Origin: a virus | Lineage: Duplodnaviria > Caudoviricetes | Reading direction: 5' to 3' (one strand) | Length of the DNA: 31,259 bases | IMG/VR virus record: IMGVR_UViG_3300012667_000404 | Span: 1 to 31,259 of that record | Part shown: piece after piece, positions 9,064-17,938 of the stretch | Position numbering within the stretch: position 1 is the stretch's first letter | How the letters are laid out: every line of letters starts with the position of its first letter | Made by a program: the position numbers and the translations under genes | The notes under the pieces: generated by a model | Database searches by the model: none | What the model was told of the DNA's origin: nothing | What the model saw: only the letters and a program-made list of their open reading frames with translations

Positions 9064-9522
9064 ATGTCTGATGTTGTTTCCTCGGTCGGCACTGCCGTTT
9101 CCGTTTCGACCACTGCCCCGGCCACCTATAACGAAGCCGGTTTTGAAGCCCTTACGTGGTCGCTTGTTGGCGAACTCGCAGAATTGCCTTCATTTGGTGC
9201 TGAGGCTGCTCTTGCAACGCATACGCCTCTCAAGACCGGCATTGTCGCCAAGCGCCGTGGTTCGCTGAACTATGGCTCTGTAGCCCTGACGATGGCAGTT
9301 TCGGATACCGACACCGGCCAGACGGTATTGCAGGACGCAGCCGAAGCTGCCGCTGGCACTGACGCGCAGGTTTCGGTGAAGGTTGTGCTGGTCAACGGCG
9401 AAACTCAGTATTTCACCGCACAGGTTATGTCCTACAAGGTGAACGTGGGCAACGCCGACGCCATCACGATGGCCGAAGTGACGCTCGAAATCGACAACAG
9501 CGTTGTTAAGGTTGCCGCATAA
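9064..9522 (+). CDS. major tail tube protein
   Basis: PATYNEAGFEAL, KRRGSLNYG, DTGQTVL motifs; strong AGGAG RBS; precedes the chaperones and TMP. Confidence 0.85.
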   Translation: MSDVVSSVGTAVSVSTTAPATYNEAGFEALTWSLVGELAELPSFGAEAALATHTPLKTGIVAKRRGSLNYGSVALTMAVSDTDTGQTVLQDAAEAAAGTDAQVSVKVVLVNGETQYFTAQVMSYKVNVGNADAITMAEVTLEIDNSVVKVAA

Positions 9523-9532
9523 GGCTAAACAG

Positions 9533-9600
9533 CTTGGGCGGGTGGTTTACTATCCGGGCCACCCGCCCAAGACATTTAACCGGATAGCTTGAAAGGATAG
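9533..9600 (+). promoter_or_regulatory. H-type pseudoknot-capable leader of the tail assembly chaperone
   Basis: 13-bp perfect stem 9533-45/9559-71; loop CTATCCGG is complementary to CCGGATAG at 9580-87. Confidence 0.6.
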
Positions 9601-9606
9601 TTTTCA

Positions 9607-10008
9607 ATGGACCTGAACGACCTAAAGCCTGTGAAGGCTGACGAAGGCGCAATTCTGCAAATCCTTCACCCTGAGACGGAAGAGCCTATCGCTGGCATGA
9701 GCATCGTTCTGCTGGGCCACGACAGCGCCGTTTATCGCAAGCTGCAACTTGCCAAGCAGCAATCAATCCTTAACCGGATGGCGAAGGGCAAGAAGGCTGC
9801 GGAACTGGACGCAGAACGCCTCAACGCTGACCTGATCGACGAACTCACTAAGCTGACAATCGGCTGGTCGGGCTTCAAGCTGGACGGCAAGGAACTGGAC
9901 CCGACGCCTGAAAACGTGAAAACGGTCTACAGCGAATGGGCTTGGATTAAGGACCAAGCGCAGGAGTTTGTCAGCAATCGCGCCAACTTTTTTCGCGGAG
10001 ACGCTTGA
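9607..10008 (+). CDS. tail assembly chaperone (gpG-like)
   Basis: Between the tail tube and TMP genes; ends FVSNRANFF at a T-run. Confidence 0.85.
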   Translation: MDLNDLKPVKADEGAILQILHPETEEPIAGMSIVLLGHDSAVYRKLQLAKQQSILNRMAKGKKAAELDAERLNADLIDELTKLTIGWSGFKLDGKELDPTPENVKTVYSEWAWIKDQAQEFVSNRANFFRGDA

Positions 10009-10429
10009 GCAGTTAAAGCTCTACGTCCGCCAAACTGCTTGGCTTAACACCATCCCAGAAAAAGGGACAAAGCCTCGGCGCGATACGGTTGGCGGTTCAT
10101 TGCCGCCAATCAGTGCCGGGGCGCATTTGCTCAACATCCTTTTTGATGTCGGGCCAGCCAAGCCAATGCCAATGGCCGCGCCGGTTGCGATTGACGAAAT
10201 GGATTTGCTGGCGTGGCAATGGAATAGGGACACGCGCCTAACGCCATTTGAGACAAGCACCATCCGCGAACTGTCGCGGGCCTATGCCTCACAACTTGCG
10301 GACGCCGCTTCCAAGAGTTGTCCAGCCCCATATTTCCCGCCCACTGGGCTGGATGATGAGCGGCGCAGAAAGATTTCGGACGCCATGAGCGGCTTCGCGG
10401 ACAAGCTAAACGCATCCCGCAAGGTTTAG
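9989..10429 (+). CDS. tail assembly chaperone extension (gpT-like), probably reached by programmed frameshift
   Basis: Overlapping ORF (open from 9968) with no well-spaced RBS; slippery AAC TTT TTT C at 9985-9994. Confidence 0.7.
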   Translation, partial: FFAETLEQLKLYVRQTAWLNTIPEKGTKPRRDTVGGSLPPISAGAHLLNILFDVGPAKPMPMAAPVAIDEMDLLAWQWNRDTRLTPFETSTIRELSRAYASQLADAASKSCPAPYFPPTGLDDERRRKISDAMSGFADKLNASRKV

Positions 10430-10487
10430 GTTGTAAAAATAGGCAAAAACCAGCATAAGGCGAAATCGAAACCCTTGGGGGCGCGCC

Positions 10488-13400
10488 GTGGTTGATTTAG
10501 CTAGTTTGCGCATTGCTGTTGACAGCCGGGATGTCAAATCAGCAGATGGCGACCTAACATTATTGGGTAAAACCGCGACGACCACAACGGGTGCGGTTGA
10601 GCGCCTTTCTACGGCCAACAGCCGACTAGCTGATGCCGTCGCCAGCAGCCACAAGCCAACGATTGATGCGGTAAAATATATCAATCAGCTTCAATACGAA
10701 GTTGACGCTGTGGGCAAATCATCGCAGCAATTGAAGGCGCTGGAAATTCGCATGGCCGCTGCAAAAGCGCCGACAGCGGAACTGGCTCAAGAAATCCGCA
10801 ATATGGGGGCGGCTCTGTTGCAGTCTGAAAGGGCCGCGCAATCTGCCGCAAATGCTCAAAGGGCCGCACAAGCAGCCCAGCGGGCATTTAGCCAAAGCAC
10901 CAACCAAGCCAAAGAATATGTCGAACGGTTGAACTTAGAGCTTCAAACTGTCGGTAAATCTGCGCTTCAAATTAAGGCAATTGAAATTCGCATGGCGGCG
11001 GCGCGCGCTCCGACTGCGGAACTTGCTCAAGAAATTCGCCAAATGGGTGCGCAGTTGATTATGGCAGAGCGTGAGGCGTCAAGAGCCTCTGGAACGCCGA
11101 CAACTGGCATCACAGGGATGGGAACGTCATCAAAATTAGCCGGTCATCACGCTCAAAATCTCGCCTTCCAGCTTCAAGACGTTTTTGTCGGACTAAGCTC
11201 TGGCCAGAAGCCCATGACCGTTTTCATGCAGCAGGGAACGCAAGTCGCAGGGATTATGCAGCAGGCGGGCCTAAGTGTTGGTGGGCTTACCAAAGAAATC
11301 CTAAAGATGGCAGGAACGGCGACGGCTGCGGTTGCGCTTAACCCTGTTTTCCTCGCTCTCGCTGCTGCGGCGGGCGTTGCTTACGTTGCCTTTAAGGACT
11401 TCAACAGCGAAGTTGAGAAAAGCGGCAGGTTGAAAGATTATGTCGCTGGCCTTGGCCTGACGACTGAGGAGATGAAGAAACTTGGTCCGGTCGGTATTGA
11501 GGCAATGGACGTTGTGCGCGGCGTCTGGAAAACCATTTCTGATGGCCTTGGGCTGGACAAGATTTTCACGGCGATTGGTGGCTTCTTTACCGACTTGTTC
11601 CGAGGCATTGGCGCAACGGCTGGCGACCTTATGGCTGGCCTTTATGGCGTCTTTGTCGGCACCTATAATGGCATTCTCAAAGTTTGGCATATGCTGCCAG
11701 CAGCCTTTGGCGACCTTGTTATCAGCGCGGTCAATCTGTCCATTCGCGGCCTTGAAGGCTTGGCTAATGGCGCGATTGACGTAATCAACGCTCTCATCAG
11801 CAAGGCCAATGGCATTCTGGCAACGCTGAAAATGCCGACGATCAGCCTTCTTGGCGACATCGACATTCCCGAACTGGAAAACCGCTATAAGGGCGCAGCA
11901 AGCAAGGCTGGTGGCGCTTTTGTTGGCGAGATTAGCAAGGCAACCTCGCAAGCCAAGAATGCCATTGGCGACATCGGCAGCACGATTGGCGACAACATCG
12001 TCATTTCAGCCCAAGAGCGTATCAGCAAGGAAGCTGGTGCAATCATTGACGAGCGCAGCGCGTCCAAGTTGAAGGATAGCGCGGGCAAGGCCGGTAAAGC
12101 CTCCGGCGATGAATTTGGGGACCAACTAACCAAGAACGTAACTGCCACCATTGGCAACATGATGGGTAATTTGCAGACTTCCAGCGCCGACTTCCTGAAG
12201 GATTACGGCAAGGGCAGCATGGAAGAAATGAAGAAAATTATCGCTGAAATTGACAAGCGGCGAGAAGCTGAGGCGGCAAAGGCAGCGGAAGACCTCGCCA
12301 GAAACATCAAGACGGCCACTGACGGCGCACAGATGATTGCAGACATCATCGGCGGCGGCATTGGGGATGGCGTCAAGCAGCTTTCGGACGTGCTGGCGAA
12401 GAACTTCCCTGACTTTATGGCGAGCCTCGGCAAAGCGTTTTCCGGCATCAAGGACAGCCTTGACGGCTTGCTTGGCGGCCTTGGCACCAGCTTTAAGGAA
12501 TTGGGCGCAGGCGCGCAGGTTGGCACGGCTGTTAACTCCATTGTGGGCGGCAGCAAGACAGGCGCGCAAATCGGCGGCGCTCTTGGCAGCGCATTTGGGC
12601 CTATTGGTTCAATTGCTGGCTCCATCCTTGGCAGCGTTGTTGGTGGTCTGTTCAAGAAAACCAAGTCGGCATCGGCAACCATTTCCGCAGAAGCGGGCAA
12701 GCTGGATGTCGCCGGGCTGGTTGGCAACAACGCGCAATTCAAGCAGACTGCCAACACGCTGGCGGGCGCTGTCATTGGCGGCTTGAACAATGCTGCAAAC
12801 GCCTTGGGCGCTGAAATCACAAACGCAATCAACGTCTCAATCGGCCAGCGCAAAGACAAGTTTGTTGTTGACCTCATGGGCCTTGGCCGCACCAAGGGCA
12901 GCGGGACAATGGCCTTTGCGACTGAGGCGGAGGCAATTTCGTTCACTATCGACAACGCTATCCGTAATGGCATCTTTGGCGGGCTGCGGGCAGGCACAGA
13001 GCGGCTCCTAAAGGGCTTCGGTGACGTTGAGGACCGGCTTGCCAAGGCCGTGGACTTTGAGAACGTCTTTAAGGCGATGCAGTCGAACCTAGACCCGGTT
13101 GGCGCGGCCCTTGAAGGTCTTGATAAGCGGTTTGCTGCGCTGATCGAGACATTCCGCGAAGCTGGCGCGACGACAGAAGAATTTGCAACGCTTGAAAAAT
13201 ACTACCAGCAGGAACGTCTTAAAGCGATTGAGCAGGCGAACGCGGCTGCAATCGAAAAGGCCAACACGGCCCGCGATGCGTTGATTGAAGCGTATGACCG
13301 CGAGAGCCAAGCCATTCTGACGACCCTTGAACGTTTCCAGAGCCTGACGGCAAGCCTTGAGGGCTTCCGTATGTCGCTTGCCGAGCAGCTCATGACGGCA

Positions 13401-14129
13401 GAACAGATTTACGCGACATCAAGGGCCAAGTTTGACGAAATCTCTAAGCTGGCGATTGCTGGCAATGAGCAGGCTATCTCCGAACTTGTCAGCGTTTCGC
13501 AGCGGTATCTGGACGCGGCCAAGTCGTTCCTGACGCCTGAGGAATACAACCGCGAAATCGAAAACGTCATGAAGGCGGTCGACCTCGCTATCGTCCAGAC
13601 CAAGACGATGGAGGAATATGCGCAAAGCCAACTGGACGCGCTTAACGCTTCGGTTGATGGCCTGATTACGCTCAACGACAGCGTTTTGTCGGTCGCTGAC
13701 GGCATAAAGAATTTGAATGTCGCCATTGCAGAGCGTGACAAAACCATTGCCAGCACTGCCTTGAAGTTTGAAGCTGGCGCACTGCTGACGGTTATTGATG
13801 GCTCAATCCAAGGCGCATTTGAACGCTATGGAAACAATTATTTTGGTCTACCTCAGTTTGCTGAGGGTGGCGATTTCGGTGGCGGGTTGCGCATTGTTGG
13901 CGAGAATGGCCCAGAGTTGGAAGCGACCGGCTCAAGTCGCATTTACAACGCTGCACAGACTGCCGAAATCCTTTCGGGTGGCAGCAATGTGGCCGACCAG
14001 ATCGCCAATTTGCGCAGCGAAATGAAAACCAGCCTTTACGCTATCGCAAAGAACACCGGCAAGACGACCGACCAGCTTCAACGCTGGGATGGCGATGGTA
14101 TGCCAGAAGTTAGGGATTGGGCCGCATGA
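10488..14129 (+). CDS. tail tape measure protein
   Basis: 1213 aa, Ala/Gly-rich helical; lambda-type NLAFQLQDVFVGLSSGQKPMTVFMQQGTQ motif; C-terminal FAEGG..GGLRIVGENGPELE. Confidence 0.95.
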   Translation: MVDLASLRIAVDSRDVKSADGDLTLLGKTATTTTGAVERLSTANSRLADAVASSHKPTIDAVKYINQLQYEVDAVGKSSQQLKALEIRMAAAKAPTAELAQEIRNMGAALLQSERAAQSAANAQRAAQAAQRAFSQSTNQAKEYVERLNLELQTVGKSALQIKAIEIRMAAARAPTAELAQEIRQMGAQLIMAEREASRASGTPTTGITGMGTSSKLAGHHAQNLAFQLQDVFVGLSSGQKPMTVFMQQGTQVAGIMQQAGLSVGGLTKEILKMAGTATAAVALNPVFLALAAAAGVAYVAFKDFNSEVEKSGRLKDYVAGLGLTTEEMKKLGPVGIEAMDVVRGVWKTISDGLGLDKIFTAIGGFFTDLFRGIGATAGDLMAGLYGVFVGTYNGILKVWHMLPAAFGDLVISAVNLSIRGLEGLANGAIDVINALISKANGILATLKMPTISLLGDIDIPELENRYKGAASKAGGAFVGEISKATSQAKNAIGDIGSTIGDNIVISAQERISKEAGAIIDERSASKLKDSAGKAGKASGDEFGDQLTKNVTATIGNMMGNLQTSSADFLKDYGKGSMEEMKKIIAEIDKRREAEAAKAAEDLARNIKTATDGAQMIADIIGGGIGDGVKQLSDVLAKNFPDFMASLGKAFSGIKDSLDGLLGGLGTSFKELGAGAQVGTAVNSIVGGSKTGAQIGGALGSAFGPIGSIAGSILGSVVGGLFKKTKSASATISAEAGKLDVAGLVGNNAQFKQTANTLAGAVIGGLNNAANALGAEITNAINVSIGQRKDKFVVDLMGLGRTKGSGTMAFATEAEAISFTIDNAIRNGIFGGLRAGTERLLKGFGDVEDRLAKAVDFENVFKAMQSNLDPVGAALEGLDKRFAALIETFREAGATTEEFATLEKYYQQERLKAIEQANAAAIEKANTARDALIEAYDRESQAILTTLERFQSLTASLEGFRMSLAEQLMTAEQIYATSRAKFDEISKLAIAGNEQAISELVSVSQRYLDAAKSFLTPEEYNREIENVMKAVDLAIVQTKTMEEYAQSQLDALNASVDGLITLNDSVLSVADGIKNLNVAIAERDKTIASTALKFEAGALLTVIDGSIQGAFERYGNNYFGLPQFAEGGDFGGGLRIVGENGPELEATGSSRIYNAAQTAEILSGGSNVADQIANLRSEMKTSLYAIAKNTGKTTDQLQRWDGDGMPEVRDWAA

Positions 14130-15019
14130 AAATTGTAACGCCGCAGCCTATCACGGCAGCTACGCTAACCGCGTCCAACGTCACTATCACGGAGACGCTG
14201 TGGACGGCTGGCACCTATACGACCGGCACACAGCGTTATGAGGGGATTACCCTTTATGAAGTGATTGCATCGCCAAGCACGACTGACCAGCCCAGCGTGG
14301 GCGCTGCTAAGGCTGTGCCAACGTGGAAAGTGATTGGCGCGATTGGCCGCTATAAGATGTTTGATAACGTCATCAGCACCCAATCAACGCGCACCGGCAC
14401 GATTGTGGTAACGGTTGACCCCGGCCAGATTGTCAACGCGGCTGCATTCTTTGGCCTTGCTGGCAACACCATTAACGTCACGATGACAGACCCGGTTGAG
14501 GGGGTGGTGTATAACGAAACAAAGACGCTTCAAGACAACACGCTTATCGCTGATTGGTATGCTTATTTCTTTGAGAGCATCTACCCGCTGACCGACGCGG
14601 TTTTCACCGACCTGCCAAGCTATCTTAACGCCACAATCACTGTGACGATTGATGCGGGTGCGGCGACGGCTGCTTGCGGCGAAATGGTCATCGGCAGGCA
14701 GTCGCTGCTTGGCGTCTCAAACTTCGGCACAAGCGTTTCCATTCAAGATTATTCGATCAAGACGACCGACGATTTCGGCAACGTGGTCATTCAAGAGCGC
14801 GCATACAGCAAGCGAGCCGATTATGACGTGACGGTCGAGACAAGCCGCGTTGCGACTGTCCAGAAGCTGCTGGCCGACATCCGCACGACACCGACTGTTT
14901 TCATCGGTGAAGAGGACAAGCCCGAGACGGTCGTCTATGGCTTTTATAAATCGTTCAATATTGTTATATCAACACCGAGCATTTCTGATTGCTCCATTGA
15001 AGTCGAGGGTCTTGTCTAA
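14126..15019 (+). CDS. tail tip / distal tail protein (putative)
   Basis: ATGA-coupled to TMP; beta-rich; DYSIKTTDDFG..VIQERAYSKR motif. Confidence 0.65.
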   Translation: MKIVTPQPITAATLTASNVTITETLWTAGTYTTGTQRYEGITLYEVIASPSTTDQPSVGAAKAVPTWKVIGAIGRYKMFDNVISTQSTRTGTIVVTVDPGQIVNAAAFFGLAGNTINVTMTDPVEGVVYNETKTLQDNTLIADWYAYFFESIYPLTDAVFTDLPSYLNATITVTIDAGAATAACGEMVIGRQSLLGVSNFGTSVSIQDYSIKTTDDFGNVVIQERAYSKRADYDVTVETSRVATVQKLLADIRTTPTVFIGEEDKPETVVYGFYKSFNIVISTPSISDCSIEVEGLV

Positions 15020-16806
15020 TGCCAGCGCCAACCATCACACCGCTTCCTACGCCTCCGTCACGGTCCACTGACCCGACGAATTTCGCCATTGAGGCGGATG
15101 CGTTTGTCGCTGCGCTTCCAGAGTTTGTGACGGATGCCAATGCGCAAGCATCATACTTGGACGGCGTGGCGACTGCGGTTGATGCAGATGCGGTGGCGGC
15201 GGCTGCCAGTGCGACTGCTGCGGAAGGCTTTGCGGATGACGCAGAAGCATCTGCTGCTGGCGCTGCGGCTGCTGCGGATGTTTCAGCATGGGTTAGCGGA
15301 ACCACTTACGTCATTGGCGATTGTGTATTTAGCCCTATCGACTTCCAAACATATCGACGCACGACCAATGGCGCTGGAACAACCGACCCCAGTGCGGATG
15401 CGGTTAACTGGTTGGCAATTACAAGCCCGGGCGGAAGCATTTTTAAAGCTATTGCTTCTGGGGTTCTTTCAAACGGATCGACCGTGGCCGTGAACGCTGA
15501 TGGAACCGTTAGCGTTGTGTCTGGCGTGGCTCAGGTGGTCGGGACGCCGAGTGTGTTTAATAGCTCTACTACTAATCACATTTCTGCTACTTATGATGCA
15601 AACTCTCAGCGTGTGATTGTCGCCTATCAGGCTGTCACTGGCTACGGCACTGCTGTTGTCGGCACTGTCTCAGGCACAAGCATTACCTTTGGGACACCGG
15701 TTGTGTTTAAGAGCGCAACTACTACTGTTATTAGTGCGGCCTATGACCCCAACACGCAGAAAGTCGTCATTGCCTACACAAGCACGTTAGGCCGCGCAAT
15801 CGTTGGAACAGTTTCTGGCACGACCATCAGTTTTGGCGCTGAAGTTACGTATGAGAGCGCAGGTGTTATCTACAATACAATTACTTATGACACGAACGCA
15901 CAAAAGGTCGTGTTGGTATATCGAAATGGCTCAAACTTTGGTGCAGCTAGTGTGGGCACTATCTCCGGCACAAGCATCAGCTTTGGCAGTGCGGTTGTAT
16001 TTGCCGCCGTTGGTGACACCAGAGTTATGTCAGCCACTTATGACACGAACGCGCAGCGTGTCGTTATCGCCTACCAAGAATATAACAATTCCAGCTACGG
16101 CACTGCTGTTGTCGGCACTGTGTCAGGCACAAGCATCAGCTTTGGCACACCGGTTGTGTTTAGAAGCGCAGCGATATCACTCGTGTCAGCCACTTACGAC
16201 ACGAACGCACAGAAGGTTGTTATAGCTTACGACGCTTCCGGGGCTGGTAATATTATTGTCGGCACTGTCTCTGGCACAACCATCACCTTTGGTAGTGCGG
16301 TTGTGTTTGCCGCCGGTATCTTGACATACGTTTCTGCTATCTATGACCCGAATGTTCGCAAAATCGTCATTGCTTACAGAGCATCAGGCGCAGGATTTGG
16401 CAATGTTATCGTCGGCACCGTGTCAGGCACAAGCATTAGCTTCAATACTGCGGTTGTGTTTGAGAGCGCGAGCACCAATTGGATCGCGACTGCCTATGAC
16501 ACGAATACGCAAAAAGTAGTTATTGCTTATCAAGATACGGGTAATTCCAGCTACGGGACTGCTGCGGTTTTCCAAAATGAAAATTCTAACTTTAGGAGTT
16601 TTATAGGCTTTAGCAGCGCAGCATACACTGACGGCCAGACAGCAACCATACAGGTTGTTGGCTCCGTTGATGACGCGCAATCTGCACTAGTGGCAGGACA
16701 ATCGTATTATGTGCAGCTTAACGGCACGCTTGGACTGACCCCAGCAACACCCTCTGTCTTTGCTGGGACAGCCGTTTCAGCAACAAAGATCATTGTAAAG
16801 GGCTAA
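15019..16806 (+). CDS. tail fibre / receptor-binding protein with seven ~50-aa repeats (predicted beta-propeller)
   Basis: N-terminal TPLPTPPSRSTDPTNF anchor; repeats of YDxNxQKVVIAY...VGTVSGTSISFG.xVVF. Confidence 0.8.
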   Translation: MPAPTITPLPTPPSRSTDPTNFAIEADAFVAALPEFVTDANAQASYLDGVATAVDADAVAAAASATAAEGFADDAEASAAGAAAAADVSAWVSGTTYVIGDCVFSPIDFQTYRRTTNGAGTTDPSADAVNWLAITSPGGSIFKAIASGVLSNGSTVAVNADGTVSVVSGVAQVVGTPSVFNSSTTNHISATYDANSQRVIVAYQAVTGYGTAVVGTVSGTSITFGTPVVFKSATTTVISAAYDPNTQKVVIAYTSTLGRAIVGTVSGTTISFGAEVTYESAGVIYNTITYDTNAQKVVLVYRNGSNFGAASVGTISGTSISFGSAVVFAAVGDTRVMSATYDTNAQRVVIAYQEYNNSSYGTAVVGTVSGTSISFGTPVVFRSAAISLVSATYDTNAQKVVIAYDASGAGNIIVGTVSGTTITFGSAVVFAAGILTYVSAIYDPNVRKIVIAYRASGAGFGNVIVGTVSGTSISFNTAVVFESASTNWIATAYDTNTQKVVIAYQDTGNSSYGTAAVFQNENSNFRSFIGFSSAAYTDGQTATIQVVGSVDDAQSALVAGQSYYVQLNGTLGLTPATPSVFAGTAVSATKIIVKG

Positions 16807-16810
16807 CGAC

Positions 16811-17059
16811 ATGAAAACCATCGTTGAAACCGCTAGTGGTTTATCTAAGTATTTAATTCCAGATGACGTAGATATCACCGCCAACGCTGACCATATTGTT
16901 GTTGGCGAACCGCCGCAGTTAATCGTGGCAGATTTGAACGCTGACAATTCCGTTGTGTATGTAGGCGTCACCGCCCCGATTGATTGGACGGGCGACAAAT
17001 ACATTTTTGATGATGGCGAGTGGTTGCCTAATCCAGACTTTGAAGCCGAGCCAAGCTGA
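16811..17059 (+). CDS. hypothetical protein, probable fibre-associated chaperone
   Basis: Acidic 82 aa directly after the fibre; DWTGDKYIFDDGEW..NPDF ending. Confidence 0.65.
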   Translation: MKTIVETASGLSKYLIPDDVDITANADHIVVGEPPQLIVADLNADNSVVYVGVTAPIDWTGDKYIFDDGEWLPNPDFEAEPS

Positions 17060-17277
17060 TGGATATGTCATTCGGCCTCGACACGCTGCTGACCGTCATT
17101 GCTGGCATTTTCGCCATCATTGGCGTTTGGACGAAATTGAGCAACCGGCTGGCAATCTTGGAAACCAAACTGGACTTTGGCGATGAGAAGTTTTCTGCCA
17201 TCGATAAGAAGTTTGATGAGGTCATGACGCACCTTCGCCGGATTGAGGACAAGCTAGACAATAAGGCTGACAGATGA
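17059..17277 (+). CDS. single-TM plus coiled-coil protein (holin/antiholin-like candidate)
   Basis: Hydrophobic LLTVIAGIFAIIGVW followed by heptads (RLAILETK, LRRIEDKLD). Confidence 0.65.
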   Translation: MDMSFGLDTLLTVIAGIFAIIGVWTKLSNRLAILETKLDFGDEKFSAIDKKFDEVMTHLRRIEDKLDNKADR

Positions 17278-17771
17278 GTTTCTTGAACGATTTTGAGAGC
17301 AAGGCGGAAGGCGTCAACGACACCGTAGAGTTTGTCATCCGCGTGGCTGTGGTCACGCTTTCCGCTGTCATCCTTGTGGTGGTGGCGGCTTTGGCTATTG
17401 GCCTGTTTGTGCCGAATGAAATGGTAGACAGCACGGCCATTCTTGAAACGATCAACCCGGCCTTCCAGACCATCATCGGTGCGTTTGTCGGTCTGCTGGG
17501 TGGTCTGAGCCTCAACGCCAATGCGCGGGACAAGGACGTGCCGCCCGAAGCGCCATTGGAACTGGACACGCCCGCGCCTGACCCGGTTGTGTCTCATCCA
17601 GTGGACGCAAGCCCTGTTGTCGATCAGGAAACGGATCCTGTGATCGACAACGACGACGACGACGACATGGCCGAATACGAAAAGTATCGCAACGACCTAC
17701 GCTATGACGTTAACGGCGACGGGGTTGTCAGCGACGACGAGATGCCGAACTGGCGTAATCCGGCAGCTTAA
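17274..17771 (+). CDS. two-TM membrane protein with acidic tail and EF-hand-like loop (holin candidate)
   Basis: Two hydrophobic segments, poly-Asp tract, DVNGDGVVSDDE. Confidence 0.65.
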   Translation: MSFLNDFESKAEGVNDTVEFVIRVAVVTLSAVILVVVAALAIGLFVPNEMVDSTAILETINPAFQTIIGAFVGLLGGLSLNANARDKDVPPEAPLELDTPAPDPVVSHPVDASPVVDQETDPVIDNDDDDDMAEYEKYRNDLRYDVNGDGVVSDDEMPNWRNPAA

Positions 17772-17938
17772 TGATGGGCGACCTCTCAACCGTTGAACTC
17801 ATCGGCCAGCTATGGCCGCTTGTTCTGGCCTTCATTTCGCTGGTCATCATCCTTGCGAAAATGGACGTGCGGCTGGCTGTGGTTGAGGAAAAGATCAAGA
17901 CGCTCTTTGAATTGTGGAACAAAGGACAGGACAAATGA
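17771..17938 (+). CDS. small single-TM plus coiled-coil protein, 55 aa (not in ORF track)
   Basis: MMGDLSTVELIGQLWPLVLAFISLVIILAKMDVRLAVVEEKIKTLFELWNKGQDK; coupled at both ends (TAATG, ATGA). Confidence 0.75.
   Translation: MMGDLSTVELIGQLWPLVLAFISLVIILAKMDVRLAVVEEKIKTLFELWNKGQDK

Noticed and set aside
9533-9571. Stem-loop as a plain rho-independent terminator
   Set aside because: No U-tract follows, and the loop has a perfect downstream complement, so it is reported as a pseudoknot candidate instead.
41-10460. Recurrent GCATAAGG (near 41, 5886, 9517, 10453)
   Set aside because: Two copies are simply Ala codon plus TAA plus GG; an 8-mer is too short to support a motif without further evidence.
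15430-16570. Diversity-generating retroelement TR/VR in the fibre repeats
   Set aside because: No reverse transcriptase; differences are not adenine-specific; repeats are in-frame structural units.
17648-17666. GAC trinucleotide run as a contingency locus
   Set aside because: It is an in-frame poly-Asp tract; length change would not switch phase.
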